DNA of 64,000 nt from Vulcanimicrobiota bacterium (GTDB lineage: Bacteria; Vulcanimicrobiota; Vulcanimicrobiia; Vulcanimicrobiales; Vulcanimicrobiaceae): the NCBI GenBank assembly GCA_963695225.1, contig OY968762.1, forward strand, positions 2,784,001 to 2,848,000, in the 5' to 3' direction. The notes beneath the pieces are model-generated. The model was not told the origin of the DNA. It was given only the letters and a program-made list of their open reading frames with translations, and ran no database searches. Positions within the stretch are counted from its first letter, which is position 1, and each line of letters begins with the position of its first letter. Shown here piece after piece: positions 40,985 to 50,806 of the stretch. A program made the translations under genes and the position numbers.

Positions 40985-41839
40985 TTGCCGCCTGAACGCC
41001 TCGGGATCCTCGGGACCGGGCTGATCGGGGCCTCGATCGGCCTGCGCGCGCGCACGCTCGGCTTCCACGTCAGCGGCGCGGACGCGTTGCCGGAACGCGC
41101 CGAGCGGGCGCGGGCCCGAGGCGCGCTCGACGCGGTGATCGCCGATCCGGCCGCCCTGGCCTCCGCGGTCGATACGCTCGTGGTCGCGCTCCCGCTCGAT
41201 GCGACGTGCGCGTATCTTGCGAACTTCCCGCGGACGAGGACGCACGGGCGGCCGCGCCTCGTCCTCGACGTCGCCTCCCTCAAGCTGCCGGTCGTCGTCG
41301 CGGCGGCCGGGATTCCGGGCTTCGTCGCGACGCATCCGATCGCAGGCTCCGAGGCGAGCGGACCGGACGCGGCCCGCGCCGACCTGTTCGCGGGGCGCGT
41401 CTGGGCGCTCGTCCCGGACGGCGACCCGGCTGCGTTCGGGAGCGCGCGCGCGTTCGTCGAACGTCTCGGCGCCCGCGTCTTGACGATCGATGCCGCCGAA
41501 CACGACCGCATCCTCGCTTTCACCTCGCACGTTCCCCAGGTGCTGGCGGTCGCGCTCGGTGCCGAACTGCGGGAGCGGCATGGGGAGGTTGCGCTCGAGG
41601 CGCTCTGCGGGCCGGGAATCCGCTCGATGACCCGCCTCGGCGGATCTTCGTGGGCGATGTGGGAACCGCTGCTCGCCGCGGCCGCGCCGCAGGTCGCGCA
41701 GGAAGTTCGGCGGCTCATCGCCATACTGTCCGACGTCGCGCTTGCGCTCGACGCGGGCGATCTCGGCCACGTCGCGAGCCGGTTCGACGCGGCGGCTGCG
41801 GCCGTCGCGGACCTGCGCTCGAACGAAGGTCCGCCCTGA
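40985..41839 (+). CDS. tyrA: Prephenate/arogenate dehydrogenase
   Basis: GTGLIGAS, DVASLK, HPIAGSEASG, EHD......SHVP, TRL. Confidence 0.88.
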   Translation: MPPERLGILGTGLIGASIGLRARTLGFHVSGADALPERAERARARGALDAVIADPAALASAVDTLVVALPLDATCAYLANFPRTRTHGRPRLVLDVASLKLPVVVAAAGIPGFVATHPIAGSEASGPDAARADLFAGRVWALVPDGDPAAFGSARAFVERLGARVLTIDAAEHDRILAFTSHVPQVLAVALGAELRERHGEVALEALCGPGIRSMTRLGGSSWAMWEPLLAAAAPQVAQEVRRLIAILSDVALALDAGDLGHVASRFDAAAAAVADLRSNEGPP

Positions 41840-41879
41840 CCCGTTGAGAGATCGTCCGCCGCACTCTTTCGAGGTATCG

Positions 41880-43169
41880 ATGTCCTATCGTTGGATCGCC
41901 GCGTCGCTCGTTGCGGCCGCCGTCGCACTGCCGGCCGCCGCGTTCTCAGAGAGCGCCGCCGATTACACTCCACCCCAGCTGGTCAAGCGAGGCACGGCCA
42001 CGACGCCGATCGCGGGCCCGGGGAAAGTCATCCTCAAGGTGCTGGTCAACCCGGACGGCTCGTTCAAGGTCCAAGACATCATCCAATCGACGAACCACGC
42101 CGACGACGCTGCGGCGAGGGAGATCGCGCAAAACTCGACCTATCGGCCGGCGAAGCGCGGCGGGAAGCCCGTCCTCGCGTTCTACGATTTCACGCTGAAG
42201 TTCGTCGGCTCCGGCGTCACCTCGAGCGGCGACGAGGGAACGCTCGCGGGCTACGAACGGATGATCAGAGCCGGGAACTACTCCGGGGCGAAACAAGGGC
42301 TCGGCGGCTACCTCGCGGCGCACCCCGGGGACAAGACGGCGCAACTCTACCTCGGCATCGCGAACACGTTCTTGCTCGACTACCACGGCGCGGCCGCCGC
42401 GTTCGACGCCTCCGGGACGATCCCGTCGAACTACCGCGCCGTCGCCGCGAAAGCGTACGCCGAGGACGCGGTGACCCGGACGAACGCGAAGGACTACGCC
42501 GGAGCGACCGCCTCGGCGAAGCGCTCCGTCGAACTCTCGCCCGGGGTGGCGACCTACAATACGCTCGGTTTCGCGGAACTCGGCGGGGGAGATTTCGCCG
42601 GGTCGGTTCGCGATTTCGTAAAGGCGCGCGACCTGGCGGTCGCGGAGAAGGTGTCCGCCCACGAGCGGGCCCTGATCCTCAGCAATCTGACGAGCGCCCA
42701 GCTCGGCGCGGGAAATCTCGACGCCGCGAAAGCCGCCGCGAGCGAGGCCGCGAAGCTCGACCCCTCGGTGACGGGCGCCCAGGTCGCGCTGGCGGGTTAT
42801 TACGCGCAGAAAGGCCGGGAAGCGGCCGACGCCGGGAAGCAGATCGAGGCCGCCGGCTGGTACGAGCAGGCAGCCCAAGCGGCCCCCAGCGCCGCCGTAA
42901 CGATGTACGTGAACGCCGCGTTTAGCTATTTGAACGCGAAGCCCCAGCCCGACAACGCCAAGGCGAAGGCCGACGCGGACAAGGCGCTCGCGATCGACGC
43001 GAACGGGGCCCCGGCGAATTTCGCGGCGGGGATCGCGCTCGCCAACGACGGAAAGAGTGCCGAGGCGATGACGTATCTGCGCCGGGCGGAGGCTGCGGCG
43101 AAGGCCGGGACTGACGCGAACTTGACCGCGAGCATCCAAGCCGCGATTAAGCAATTAGGCGGAAAATAG
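41880..43169 (+). CDS. Secreted TonB C-terminal domain + TPR protein
   Basis: Signal peptide, G.V..KVLVNPDG.......QST...DD.AA.......YRPA...GKPV (TonB-C), followed by TPR-like repeats. Confidence 0.8.
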   Translation: MSYRWIAASLVAAAVALPAAAFSESAADYTPPQLVKRGTATTPIAGPGKVILKVLVNPDGSFKVQDIIQSTNHADDAAAREIAQNSTYRPAKRGGKPVLAFYDFTLKFVGSGVTSSGDEGTLAGYERMIRAGNYSGAKQGLGGYLAAHPGDKTAQLYLGIANTFLLDYHGAAAAFDASGTIPSNYRAVAAKAYAEDAVTRTNAKDYAGATASAKRSVELSPGVATYNTLGFAELGGGDFAGSVRDFVKARDLAVAEKVSAHERALILSNLTSAQLGAGNLDAAKAAASEAAKLDPSVTGAQVALAGYYAQKGREAADAGKQIEAAGWYEQAAQAAPSAAVTMYVNAAFSYLNAKPQPDNAKAKADADKALAIDANGAPANFAAGIALANDGKSAEAMTYLRRAEAAAKAGTDANLTASIQAAIKQLGGK

Positions 43170-43297
43170 TCGGTATGACTACCGAGGATTCGAAAAGAAG
43201 CGGGGTAAATAGCCTGTTCTCGCGCCGATCCTCGGCGTCGCTTCGTGAGAGAAGCGTTTAACTTTCCCTGGGGACTTGTGGAGGCGCCGAGGCGAGC

Positions 43298-44050
43298 GTG
43301 GAACTTTCAAACCGTGTATTTTTGCTGGTCGCTCAAGCGGCCCCGGGCTCGACCGGGACCGACGTGACCGGTAGCGGGCCCTTCGATTTCATCGTTCGCG
43401 GGGGCCCGGCCATGGCGGGCCTCGTCCTCTGTTCGATCGTCGTCGTGGCCGTCGTCATCGAGCGGCTGATCTTCTTCGCAGCCCAGCACGGGGATAGCAA
43501 GGAACTCCTCCGGCAGCTCGGCGTGAAGATCGCCGCCGACGACATCCAAGGCGCGATCCGCGTCTGCAACCAGCAGAAGGGGATGCTCCCGAAGATCCTC
43601 GCGTTCGGCCTGCAGCGCGGCACGAAGAATCGCGCCGATATCACCGACGCGCTCTCGATCGCCTTGATGGAGCACTTGAACTCGCTGGAGCGCTACCTCG
43701 GCATCGTCGGCACGGTCGCCGTCATCGCGCCGTTCGTCGGCCTCTTCGGAACGGTCTTGGGCATCATCCACGCCTTCAACGATATCGCGCTCAAGGGGAA
43801 CGCCTCTCCCGCCGTCGTCGCCGCGGGCGTCTCGGAAGCCCTGATCACGACGGCCGCCGGCCTCTTCGTCGCCGTCATCGCGGTCATTTTCTTCAACTAC
43901 TTCAAGACGCGCATCAAGACGTACAATCAAGAGATGATCGTCGCCGCGAACCAGCTCGCCGAGATGCTGCACTTCCACAACATCGGCGAGCCGATCCCGA
44001 CCGATCTCTATCCGCCCACGGGAACGGCCGGCGCGGCGCCAGCCAAGTAA
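43298..44050 (+). CDS. MotA/TolQ/ExbB proton channel
   Basis: APFVGLFGTVLGII, GVSEALITTAAGL.VA. Confidence 0.95.
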   Translation: MELSNRVFLLVAQAAPGSTGTDVTGSGPFDFIVRGGPAMAGLVLCSIVVVAVVIERLIFFAAQHGDSKELLRQLGVKIAADDIQGAIRVCNQQKGMLPKILAFGLQRGTKNRADITDALSIALMEHLNSLERYLGIVGTVAVIAPFVGLFGTVLGIIHAFNDIALKGNASPAVVAAGVSEALITTAAGLFVAVIAVIFFNYFKTRIKTYNQEMIVAANQLAEMLHFHNIGEPIPTDLYPPTGTAGAAPAK

Positions 44051-44056
44051 GCGAGG

Positions 44057-44470
44057 ATGGGCCTTACCGCTACCCGCCAAGACGAAGAGGTCATGGCAGA
44101 GATCAACATCACGCCGTTCACGGACGTGCTGTTGGTGCTGCTCATCATCTTCATGATCCTCGCCTCGCTCGTGACGCCGCCCGGCTTTCAGAAAGAGCTG
44201 CCGAACAAGCCGCCGGTCTCCGAGAACCAGCAAGATCAGAAGAAGAAAGAGATCGACGTCGAGGTCACGGAGAAGGGCACCATCTTCGTCGACGGCCGCA
44301 AGACCGACGAGAAGGGCATCTACGACGAGATCGCGCGGACCGTGCGCAAACGCGGCAGGCTGCACGTTGCGATCACCGCGGACGCGAAGGCCAAGTACGA
44401 CATCATCATCAAGATCCTCGACGCCTCGCGAGTTTCGGGCCTCGAGGACGTCGGATTCGTGACTTCGTAG
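44057..44470 (+). CDS. ExbD/TolR family protein
   Basis: EINITPFTDVLLVLLIIFM. Confidence 0.95.
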   Translation: MGLTATRQDEEVMAEINITPFTDVLLVLLIIFMILASLVTPPGFQKELPNKPPVSENQQDQKKKEIDVEVTEKGTIFVDGRKTDEKGIYDEIARTVRKRGRLHVAITADAKAKYDIIIKILDASRVSGLEDVGFVTS

Positions 44471-44471
44471 C

Positions 44472-44894
44472 ATGTCGGTTTCCACAGGTCAAGGCGATGA
44501 AGACGTAATGGCGACGATCAACATCACGCCCTTTACGGACGTGCTGTTGGTCCTCTTGATCATCTTCATCATCCTGACGTCGGTCACCAAAGAGCCGAAG
44601 CTTCCGGACGCGCTCAACCGCGACAAGGTGCAGGATTCGCAAATCGTCGTCCTCATCGACGACAAGGACAGGATCTCGATCGGCTCGCACGAGGTCACGA
44701 TCAACGAAGCGGGCGCGGCATTCCGCAAGCTCTCCGAAGACACGGGCCACCGTTACAAGAACGTGATCATCAAGGCGAATCCGAACGCGAGCTACGGCAT
44801 CGTGTTGCAAGTGATGGATGCAGCCAAGAGCGCGGATCTCACGAACTTCGGCCTCGCGAACCACGTCCAAGGCGAACCTGAGGGCGCGCGCTAA
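44472..44894 (+). CDS. ExbD/TolR family protein (second copy)
   Basis: INITPFTDVLLVLLIIFI, YG.V..VMD. Confidence 0.95.
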   Translation: MSVSTGQGDEDVMATINITPFTDVLLVLLIIFIILTSVTKEPKLPDALNRDKVQDSQIVVLIDDKDRISIGSHEVTINEAGAAFRKLSEDTGHRYKNVIIKANPNASYGIVLQVMDAAKSADLTNFGLANHVQGEPEGAR

Positions 44895-45650
44895 ATGAGC
44901 TCGGAGAAGCCGACGGCGCCGGCGCCGGCACCCATCGTCACGCCCGAACGGGTGCGCAACTGGCTCGGGATCGCGTTCGTGATCTCGATCGTCCTGCACG
45001 CTTTCGCGCTCCCGATCCTCAGCAAGTACCGGTCGATGGAGCCGCAGGATCAGCAAGTCGAGAAAGTCTCGGTTTCGAAAAAAGTCAAAGTCGTCGTCCC
45101 GACGCCGCCGCCTCCGACGCCGACCCCGCCGCCCCCGACGCCGCCGCCCAAACAAACGCCCCCTCCGAAGACCTCGACGACGCCGCCTAAACAACCGCGG
45201 CTGAAGCTCAACGTCGTGAAGACGACGTCGACGTCGAAGACCGCCTCCGGACCGGCCGAGAACTCGTACGTTGCTCCCAAGACCGGTTCGGCCGAGGGCG
45301 TTCCGCAAGGCACGGAGACGAGCGGCCCGGTCACGCCTACCGCGGGCCCTGCGACGGCCGCGCCCGCCTGTGCGCACCCGCACGTCGACGCGATTGCGAC
45401 GAACAAGGTCGAGCCCGATTACCCCGAGATCGCCCGGCAGCAAGGCGCCGTCGGGACGACGACCGTCAAGGTCACGCTCTCGGCGACCGGCGCCGTGCTG
45501 GAGGCCACCGTCTACCACACGTCCGGCAACTCGCAGCTCGACGTCTCGGCTGTCCACGCCGCACGCTCGAGTTCCTACAAGCCCGAGATCGACAACTGCC
45601 AGCCGGTCGGCGGCGACTACCTGTTCGTCGCAACGTTCGAAGCGCAGTAG
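44895..45650 (+). CDS. tonB: Energy transducer TonB
   Basis: TM anchor with S..LH motif, Pro-rich linker, PDYPEIARQQGAVG...SGN.QLD. Confidence 0.9.
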   Translation: MSSEKPTAPAPAPIVTPERVRNWLGIAFVISIVLHAFALPILSKYRSMEPQDQQVEKVSVSKKVKVVVPTPPPPTPTPPPPTPPPKQTPPPKTSTTPPKQPRLKLNVVKTTSTSKTASGPAENSYVAPKTGSAEGVPQGTETSGPVTPTAGPATAAPACAHPHVDAIATNKVEPDYPEIARQQGAVGTTTVKVTLSATGAVLEATVYHTSGNSQLDVSAVHAARSSSYKPEIDNCQPVGGDYLFVATFEAQ

Positions 45651-45671
45651 CGTTCGCCCGGATCGCTCGAG

Positions 45672-46529
45672 ATGACGTTCTTCCAGGCCATGCTCCTCGC
45701 GCTGCTGCAGGGAGTCTCCGAGTTATTTCCGATCAGCAGCCTCGGGCACACGGTCTTGATCCCGGCGCTGCTGCACTGGGACGTCGATAGGAAGGCGCCG
45801 ACGTTCCTCGCGTTCATCGTCGCGCTGCATTTCGGCACGGCGCTCGCGCTCGTGGCATTCTACTGGAAGGACTGGGTCGCCATCACGCGCGCGCTCGTCG
45901 CGAGCGTCGTGCGCGGGAAGCTCTCGAACGATCCGAACGAGAAGATCGCCTGGCTGCTCGTCGCCGGGACGATTCCGGTCGGGCTCGCGGGCGTGCTGTT
46001 CCAGGATACCGTCCGCACGTTCTTCGGCTCGACGGCGATGGTCGCGGGGTTCCTCATCCTCAACGCGTTCGTCATGTTCTTGGGCGAGCGGCTCAAGCGC
46101 ATCGAGCGGGGGCCCGCGAGCCGCCCGGCCCGTCACCTGCCGGAGCTGCCGTGGATCGACGCGGTGAAGGTCGGCCTCGCGCAAGCGCTCGCGCTCTTCC
46201 CCGGGATCTCACGGAGCGGCTCATCGATCGTTGCGGGGTTGCTGCTCGATCTCACCCACGACGACGCGGCGCGGTTTTCGTTCCTGCTCGCGACGCCGGT
46301 GATCGGGGCGGCCGCGCTGCTCGAGATTCCTGAGCTGCTGGCCCCCGACGCCCATGCCGTGCTGGTCCAGTCGCTCGTCGGCGGCGTGCTCTCGGGCGTG
46401 ACGGCGTACGCTTCCGTGGCCTTTCTGACCCGGTACTTTAAGACGAACGACTTGCGCCCGTTTGGGTGGTACTGTTTACTTATCGGGGCACTTTGCTTAG
46501 GTCTCGCCGTTTCAAAGGTGATCTCATGA
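45672..46529 (+). CDS. uppP: Undecaprenyl-diphosphate phosphatase
   Basis: QGVSELFPISSLGH, H.GT, Q.LAL.PGISRSG, ARFSFLL..P. Confidence 0.95.
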   Translation: MTFFQAMLLALLQGVSELFPISSLGHTVLIPALLHWDVDRKAPTFLAFIVALHFGTALALVAFYWKDWVAITRALVASVVRGKLSNDPNEKIAWLLVAGTIPVGLAGVLFQDTVRTFFGSTAMVAGFLILNAFVMFLGERLKRIERGPASRPARHLPELPWIDAVKVGLAQALALFPGISRSGSSIVAGLLLDLTHDDAARFSFLLATPVIGAAALLEIPELLAPDAHAVLVQSLVGGVLSGVTAYASVAFLTRYFKTNDLRPFGWYCLLIGALCLGLAVSKVIS

Positions 46530-46717
46530 AAATCGTACTGATCGTCGTCGCCGTTGCATGTTTTGCCATCGCAGGTCTGTACGCCGCCGGCGTCTTGCAA
46601 TTCGGCGCGCACTCGCTCGGACCGCACTTCAAGCATGCGGCGGCGTTCGCGATCCTCGGCGTCGTGGCGCTCGTCGGACTGCGCTTCCAATCCAGCGAGT
46701 CGGGCACCGCGCGCTGA
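46526..46717 (+). CDS. Small two-TM membrane protein
   Basis: ATGA overlap with uppP; two hydrophobic helices flanking H...HFKH. Confidence 0.7.
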   Translation: MKIVLIVVAVACFAIAGLYAAGVLQFGAHSLGPHFKHAAAFAILGVVALVGLRFQSSESGTAR

Positions 46718-46732
46718 CCGCGGGCCACGGCG

Positions 46733-47206
46733 ATTCGCCCGAGCCACATCCGCCCCGACGGCGGCCTGGAAATGGTCGACGTCTCGAACAAGGTCCCGAG
46801 CGAGCGGTACGCGCTCGCTCGGGCATTCGTGCGCATGTCCGAGGCTGCCGCGCTTGCCGTGCGGGAGGCGACGCTCGCCAAGGGCGATGCGTTCGTCGCC
46901 GCGCAACTCGCGGGCATTTTGGCCGCCAAGCAAACCGCGAACCTGATACCGCTCGCGCACACCGTCCCGCTCGCGCAGGTCGAGGTCTCGTTCGCCTGGG
47001 CCGAGCCTTCCCTGTTGCAGATCGAGGCCGCAGCGCGGACGAACGCGCGGACGGGCGTCGAGATGGAGGCGCTCGTCGCGGTGACGGTCGCGGCGCTCAC
47101 GCTCTACGACATGGCGAAGGCGGTCGATAAGGGGATCCGCATCGAGTCGGTCGCGCTCGTCGAAAAGCGCGGCGGCAAGAGCGGGGTTTGGACGGCGCCC
47201 GCGTGA
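46733..47206 (+). CDS. moaC: Cyclic pyranopterin monophosphate synthase; first ATG at 46772, true start probably upstream
   Basis: SH....G...MVDVS.K, KGD, AAKQT..LIPLAH, TGVEMEAL, LYDMAKAVD, K.GGKSG. Confidence 0.92.
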   Translation: MRPSHIRPDGGLEMVDVSNKVPSERYALARAFVRMSEAAALAVREATLAKGDAFVAAQLAGILAAKQTANLIPLAHTVPLAQVEVSFAWAEPSLLQIEAAARTNARTGVEMEALVAVTVAALTLYDMAKAVDKGIRIESVALVEKRGGKSGVWTAPA

Positions 47207-47682
47207 GGCCGTACCCCACCGCGGTCGTGATCCTCTCCGATCGCGCCGCGGCGGGGACGCGTGCCGACGCCTGCATCCCGGTCGTTCGCGAGCTGCTCGG
47301 CAGTGCGTTCTCGATCGTGCGCGAGGTCGTGCTCCCGGACGACCCGGCGGCCCTGCAAGCCGAACTGATCGACCTGTGCGATCGAGACGGCGTCGCGCTC
47401 GTGCTCACGAGCGGCGGGACCGGCCTCGCCCCGCGCGACCGCACGCCGCAGGCGACGGCGGCGATCCTCGATTACGAAGTGCCGGGGATTCCGGAAGCGA
47501 TGCGCGCGGCGTCCAACGTGAAGACGGCGATGCTCTCGCGGGCGGTTGCGGGCGTGCGAGGCAAGACGCTGATCGTCAACCTCCCCGGGAGTCCCAGGGC
47601 AGTCCGCGAAACGCTCGAGGTAGTGCTTCCTGCCATCCCTCATGCGCTCGACCTTCTCGACGATGCCGTTCCCGACGGCTGA
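47203..47682 (+). CDS. MogA/MoaB molybdopterin adenylyltransferase
   Basis: SDR, LPDD, TSGGTG..PRD.TP, A.LSRAVAG, NLPGSP. Confidence 0.93.
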   Translation: MRPYPTAVVILSDRAAAGTRADACIPVVRELLGSAFSIVREVVLPDDPAALQAELIDLCDRDGVALVLTSGGTGLAPRDRTPQATAAILDYEVPGIPEAMRAASNVKTAMLSRAVAGVRGKTLIVNLPGSPRAVRETLEVVLPAIPHALDLLDDAVPDG

Positions 47683-47700
47683 TTCGTTGACGGAGTGACC

Positions 47701-49029
47701 ATGACGTTCGAATCCGCTTCGGCCTATCTGCTCGGCACGATCAATGAGACGCTCTCCCGGCGCGTCCCGAATCGTCTCGACCGGATGCGGAAGCTCTTGC
47801 ACGAACTCGGCGACCCCCAGGAACGGTACCCCACGATCCAGATCGGCGGGACGAGCGGGAAGGGTTCGACCTCGACGATGATCGCGACCGCGCTGACGGC
47901 GGCGGGGACGCGGACGGGCCTGCACACGAAGCCGCACCTCACCTCCATGACCGAGCGCGCGCGGATCGACGGCACGGCGATCGGCGCGGCCGAGTTCGGC
48001 GATCTGCTCGGCGAGATGATGCCCGCGATCGAGAAGACGAGCTCCACCGACGGGCGGCCCTCGTATTATGAAACGCTGCTCGCGCTCGCGCTCGAGTACT
48101 TCGCGCGCGAGTCGGTCGCGGCGGCCGTCGTCGAGGTCGGCTTGGGCGGCACGCTGGACGGGACGAACGTGCTAACGCCGTGCGTCAACGCGATCACGAA
48201 CGTCGGGTTCGATCACACGGACGTCCTCGGCGAGACGATCGCGGCGATCGCGAACGACAAGGCGGGGATCGCGAAGCCCGGCGTCCCGCTCGTGACCGAC
48301 GCCCGCAACCCGGAAGCGCTCGCCGTGATCGAGCGGCGCTGCCGGGAGGCCGGGGCGCCGCTGATCAGCGTGCAGGATTACGCGACGATCGAACCGGGCG
48401 CGGGGGAACGGTACGGGCAATCCTTCGCCGTCACGACCCCGCAGGCGCGCTACCGGCTTTCGCTCCCGATCCTGGGGGATTTCCAGCAGCGCAACGCCGC
48501 TACGGCGATCGCGGTCCTCGAACACTTGCCGCCGGCGCTGCGCCCGTCGCAGGACGCGATCGAAGCCGGCTTCGCGCAACTCGTGATCCCGGGGCGCATG
48601 GAGTACTTTCCGGGATTCCCGGACGTCGTCTTCGACATCGCGCACAATCCCGACAAGGCCGCGCATCTCGCGCGGGCGCTGCTGCACGCGTTCCCGGGGC
48701 GCCGCTTCACGTTCGTCGTCGGGATCACCGAGTCGAAGGACGCGCAAGAGGTGCTCCGTCCGCTCTTTGCCTTGCCCGCATCGTTCATCTTCACGCAGTT
48801 CGAAACGGCGGGGCGGCGCCCGACGCGCCCGCAGCGCCTGGTGAACATCGCGGAGCATTCCGGGATCTGGGCGCGCGCGATCGGCGACCCCGTCGAAGCG
48901 CTCTCGATCGCGCGCCGCAGCACGGACGCGAACGGCGTCGTCGTCGTCACGGGGTCGACGTTCGTCGTCGCCGCCGTGCGGCAGTGGTGGATCAAGAACG
49001 TCGTCGACGCCCTGAACAAGGCCCGGTAG
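47701..49029 (+). CDS. folC: Folylpolyglutamate synthase/dihydrofolate synthase
   Basis: GTSGKGST, PHL...ER, EVGLGG.LD.TN, DH...LG, KAGI.K, PGR.E, D.AHNP, TGS. Confidence 0.93.
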   Translation: MTFESASAYLLGTINETLSRRVPNRLDRMRKLLHELGDPQERYPTIQIGGTSGKGSTSTMIATALTAAGTRTGLHTKPHLTSMTERARIDGTAIGAAEFGDLLGEMMPAIEKTSSTDGRPSYYETLLALALEYFARESVAAAVVEVGLGGTLDGTNVLTPCVNAITNVGFDHTDVLGETIAAIANDKAGIAKPGVPLVTDARNPEALAVIERRCREAGAPLISVQDYATIEPGAGERYGQSFAVTTPQARYRLSLPILGDFQQRNAATAIAVLEHLPPALRPSQDAIEAGFAQLVIPGRMEYFPGFPDVVFDIAHNPDKAAHLARALLHAFPGRRFTFVVGITESKDAQEVLRPLFALPASFIFTQFETAGRRPTRPQRLVNIAEHSGIWARAIGDPVEALSIARRSTDANGVVVVTGSTFVVAAVRQWWIKNVVDALNKAR

Positions 49030-49036
49030 CGCCGCG

Positions 49037-49897
49037 ATGAGGATTGCGACGCGAGGCGCCGAGCTGAGGCTCCGCGGCCGGCGCTTCGTCTGGGGCGAGC
49101 GCACCTACGTGATGGGGATCGTGAACGCGTCGCCGGATTCGTTCTCCGGCGACGGCCTCCCCGATCCGGAGCTGGCCGCGGCGCGCGCGCTCGAGGAGGT
49201 CCGCCTCGGGGCCGACATCGTCGATATCGGGTCCGAATCGACGCGCCCCGGGCACACGCCGATCACGGCCCTCGAAGAGATGCACCGGCTCGTTCCGGTC
49301 GTCGAGCGCGTCCGGGAGCTCGCGCCCGGAGCCGCGATTTCGATCGACACGTTCAAACCGGAGGTCTTCCGCGCCGCGCACGCCGCCGGCGGGGACGTCC
49401 TCAACTCGATTTGGGGCCTCGACGACGCGCTGCTGGAGGTCGCGCGCGAATGTGCCGTCCCCGTCGTCATCATGCACAACAAGCGCCTCGCGCTCTACGA
49501 GGGCGACGTCGTCGACGAGGTCCTCGCGTATCTCGAGCGCCAGGCGGTGCGCGCGATGCGCGCGGGGATCCCGCCCGAGCACATCGTGCTCGATCCGGGA
49601 ATCGGTTTCGGAAAACTCCCGGATCACAACCTCGCGGTGCTCGGGGCGCTCGACCGGCTCGTTGCGCTCGGGTTTCCGACGCTGCTCGGCGTTTCGCGAA
49701 AATCGACGATCGGCTTGTTGACCGGAAAGCCCGTCGGCGCGCGCGCGTTCGGGACGGCCGCGGCCGTGGCGCTGGCGATCGGCGCGGGGATCGACATCGT
49801 GCGCGTGCACGACGTGGCCGAGATGCGCGACGTCGTCGCGGTGGCGGACGCGATCGTGCGCGGCCGGCGCCCCGACGATTGGAACCGCGGGCGCTGA
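49037..49897 (+). CDS. folP: Dihydropteroate synthase
   Basis: MGIVNASPDSFSGDG, ESTRPG, SIDT, DPGIGFGK, SRK, RVHDV. Confidence 0.96.
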   Translation: MRIATRGAELRLRGRRFVWGERTYVMGIVNASPDSFSGDGLPDPELAAARALEEVRLGADIVDIGSESTRPGHTPITALEEMHRLVPVVERVRELAPGAAISIDTFKPEVFRAAHAAGGDVLNSIWGLDDALLEVARECAVPVVIMHNKRLALYEGDVVDEVLAYLERQAVRAMRAGIPPEHIVLDPGIGFGKLPDHNLAVLGALDRLVALGFPTLLGVSRKSTIGLLTGKPVGARAFGTAAAVALAIGAGIDIVRVHDVAEMRDVVAVADAIVRGRRPDDWNRGR

Positions 49898-50286
49898 TGG
49901 ACACGATCGCGCTGCGCGGGATCCGGGCGTACGGCAAGCACGGCGCGAACCCGGGCGAGCGCGACCATCCGCAGCCGTTCGACATCGACCTCGAGGTCGA
50001 CATCGACCTAACGGCGGCCCGCGCCACCGATTCGCTCGCCGACACGGTCGACTACGCAGCGCTCCACCTCTCCATTACCGCCATGGTGCGGACGCATTCG
50101 TACGCCCTGCTCGAACGGCTCGGCGCCGCCATCCTCGCCGACGTCTTCACCGACGCGCGCATCGTGGCCGCGCGCCTAACGCTCGCCAAGCCCGGCCTGC
50201 TCGACGGCGCCACCCCCGCCGTCACGCTCCGCTCGGCAAACCCCTCGGCCGCCCTGCACGCGCCCGCCGCCCGCCCGCCCGTCTGA
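49897..50286 (+). CDS. folB: Dihydroneopterin aldolase
   Basis: MDTI.L.G...G.HG...ER...Q.F.ID, D.L..TVDY, LLE, KP. Confidence 0.94.
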   Translation: MDTIALRGIRAYGKHGANPGERDHPQPFDIDLEVDIDLTAARATDSLADTVDYAALHLSITAMVRTHSYALLERLGAAILADVFTDARIVAARLTLAKPGLLDGATPAVTLRSANPSAALHAPAARPPV

Positions 50287-50294
50287 CGGACGCA

Positions 50295-50780
50295 GTGCCG
50301 CTCGCGCGAATCGGCCTCGGGGCAAACCTCGGCGACGCGCCGGCCCAAATCGAACGCGCGCTCGCGGCCCTCGCCGCCCTCGGAACCATACGCGCCCGCT
50401 CGCATCTCTACCGCAGCAAGCCATGGGGCGTAACCGACCAGCCCCCCTTCATCAACGCAGCCGCACTGCTGGAGACAGCTCTAGCGCCGCGCGAGCTGCT
50501 CGGCGAGCTCAAGCGCCTGGAACGCGAACTCGGCCGCGTCCCCTCGGCCCGCTGGGGCCCGCGCGCGATCGACCTCGACATCCTCGCCTACGACGATCTG
50601 GCGCTCCGGGAGCCCGATCTGACGATCCCGCACGAACGCCTCTTCGAGCGCGCCTTCGCGCTCGTCCCGCTCGCCGAAATCGACGAATCCTACCGCCCGG
50701 CGCTCGAAGCCCTAACCCGCGAGAGCCTCGCCGAAGTCTCCGCAATCCAGCCGCCCAACCCTTCGTCGAGTTCGGGGTAG
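50295..50780 (+). CDS. folK: 2-amino-4-hydroxy-6-hydroxymethyldihydropteridine diphosphokinase
   Basis: IGLGANLGD, DQP.F.N, RWGPR.IDLDIL, IPH...ER.F.L.PL. Confidence 0.95.
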   Translation: MPLARIGLGANLGDAPAQIERALAALAALGTIRARSHLYRSKPWGVTDQPPFINAAALLETALAPRELLGELKRLERELGRVPSARWGPRAIDLDILAYDDLALREPDLTIPHERLFERAFALVPLAEIDESYRPALEALTRESLAEVSAIQPPNPSSSSG

Positions 50781-50806
50781 CGACTATTTCACGCGATATC
50801 GGGTGC

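Noticed and set aside
44100..44575. Near-identical ~55-nt direct repeat (ATCAACATCACGCC...ATCATCTTCAT)
   Set aside because: Conserved N-termini of the two ExbD paralogues.
45095..45195. CCGACGCCG repeats
   Set aside because: They encode the Pro/Thr-rich TonB linker; not an independent repeat or CRISPR array.
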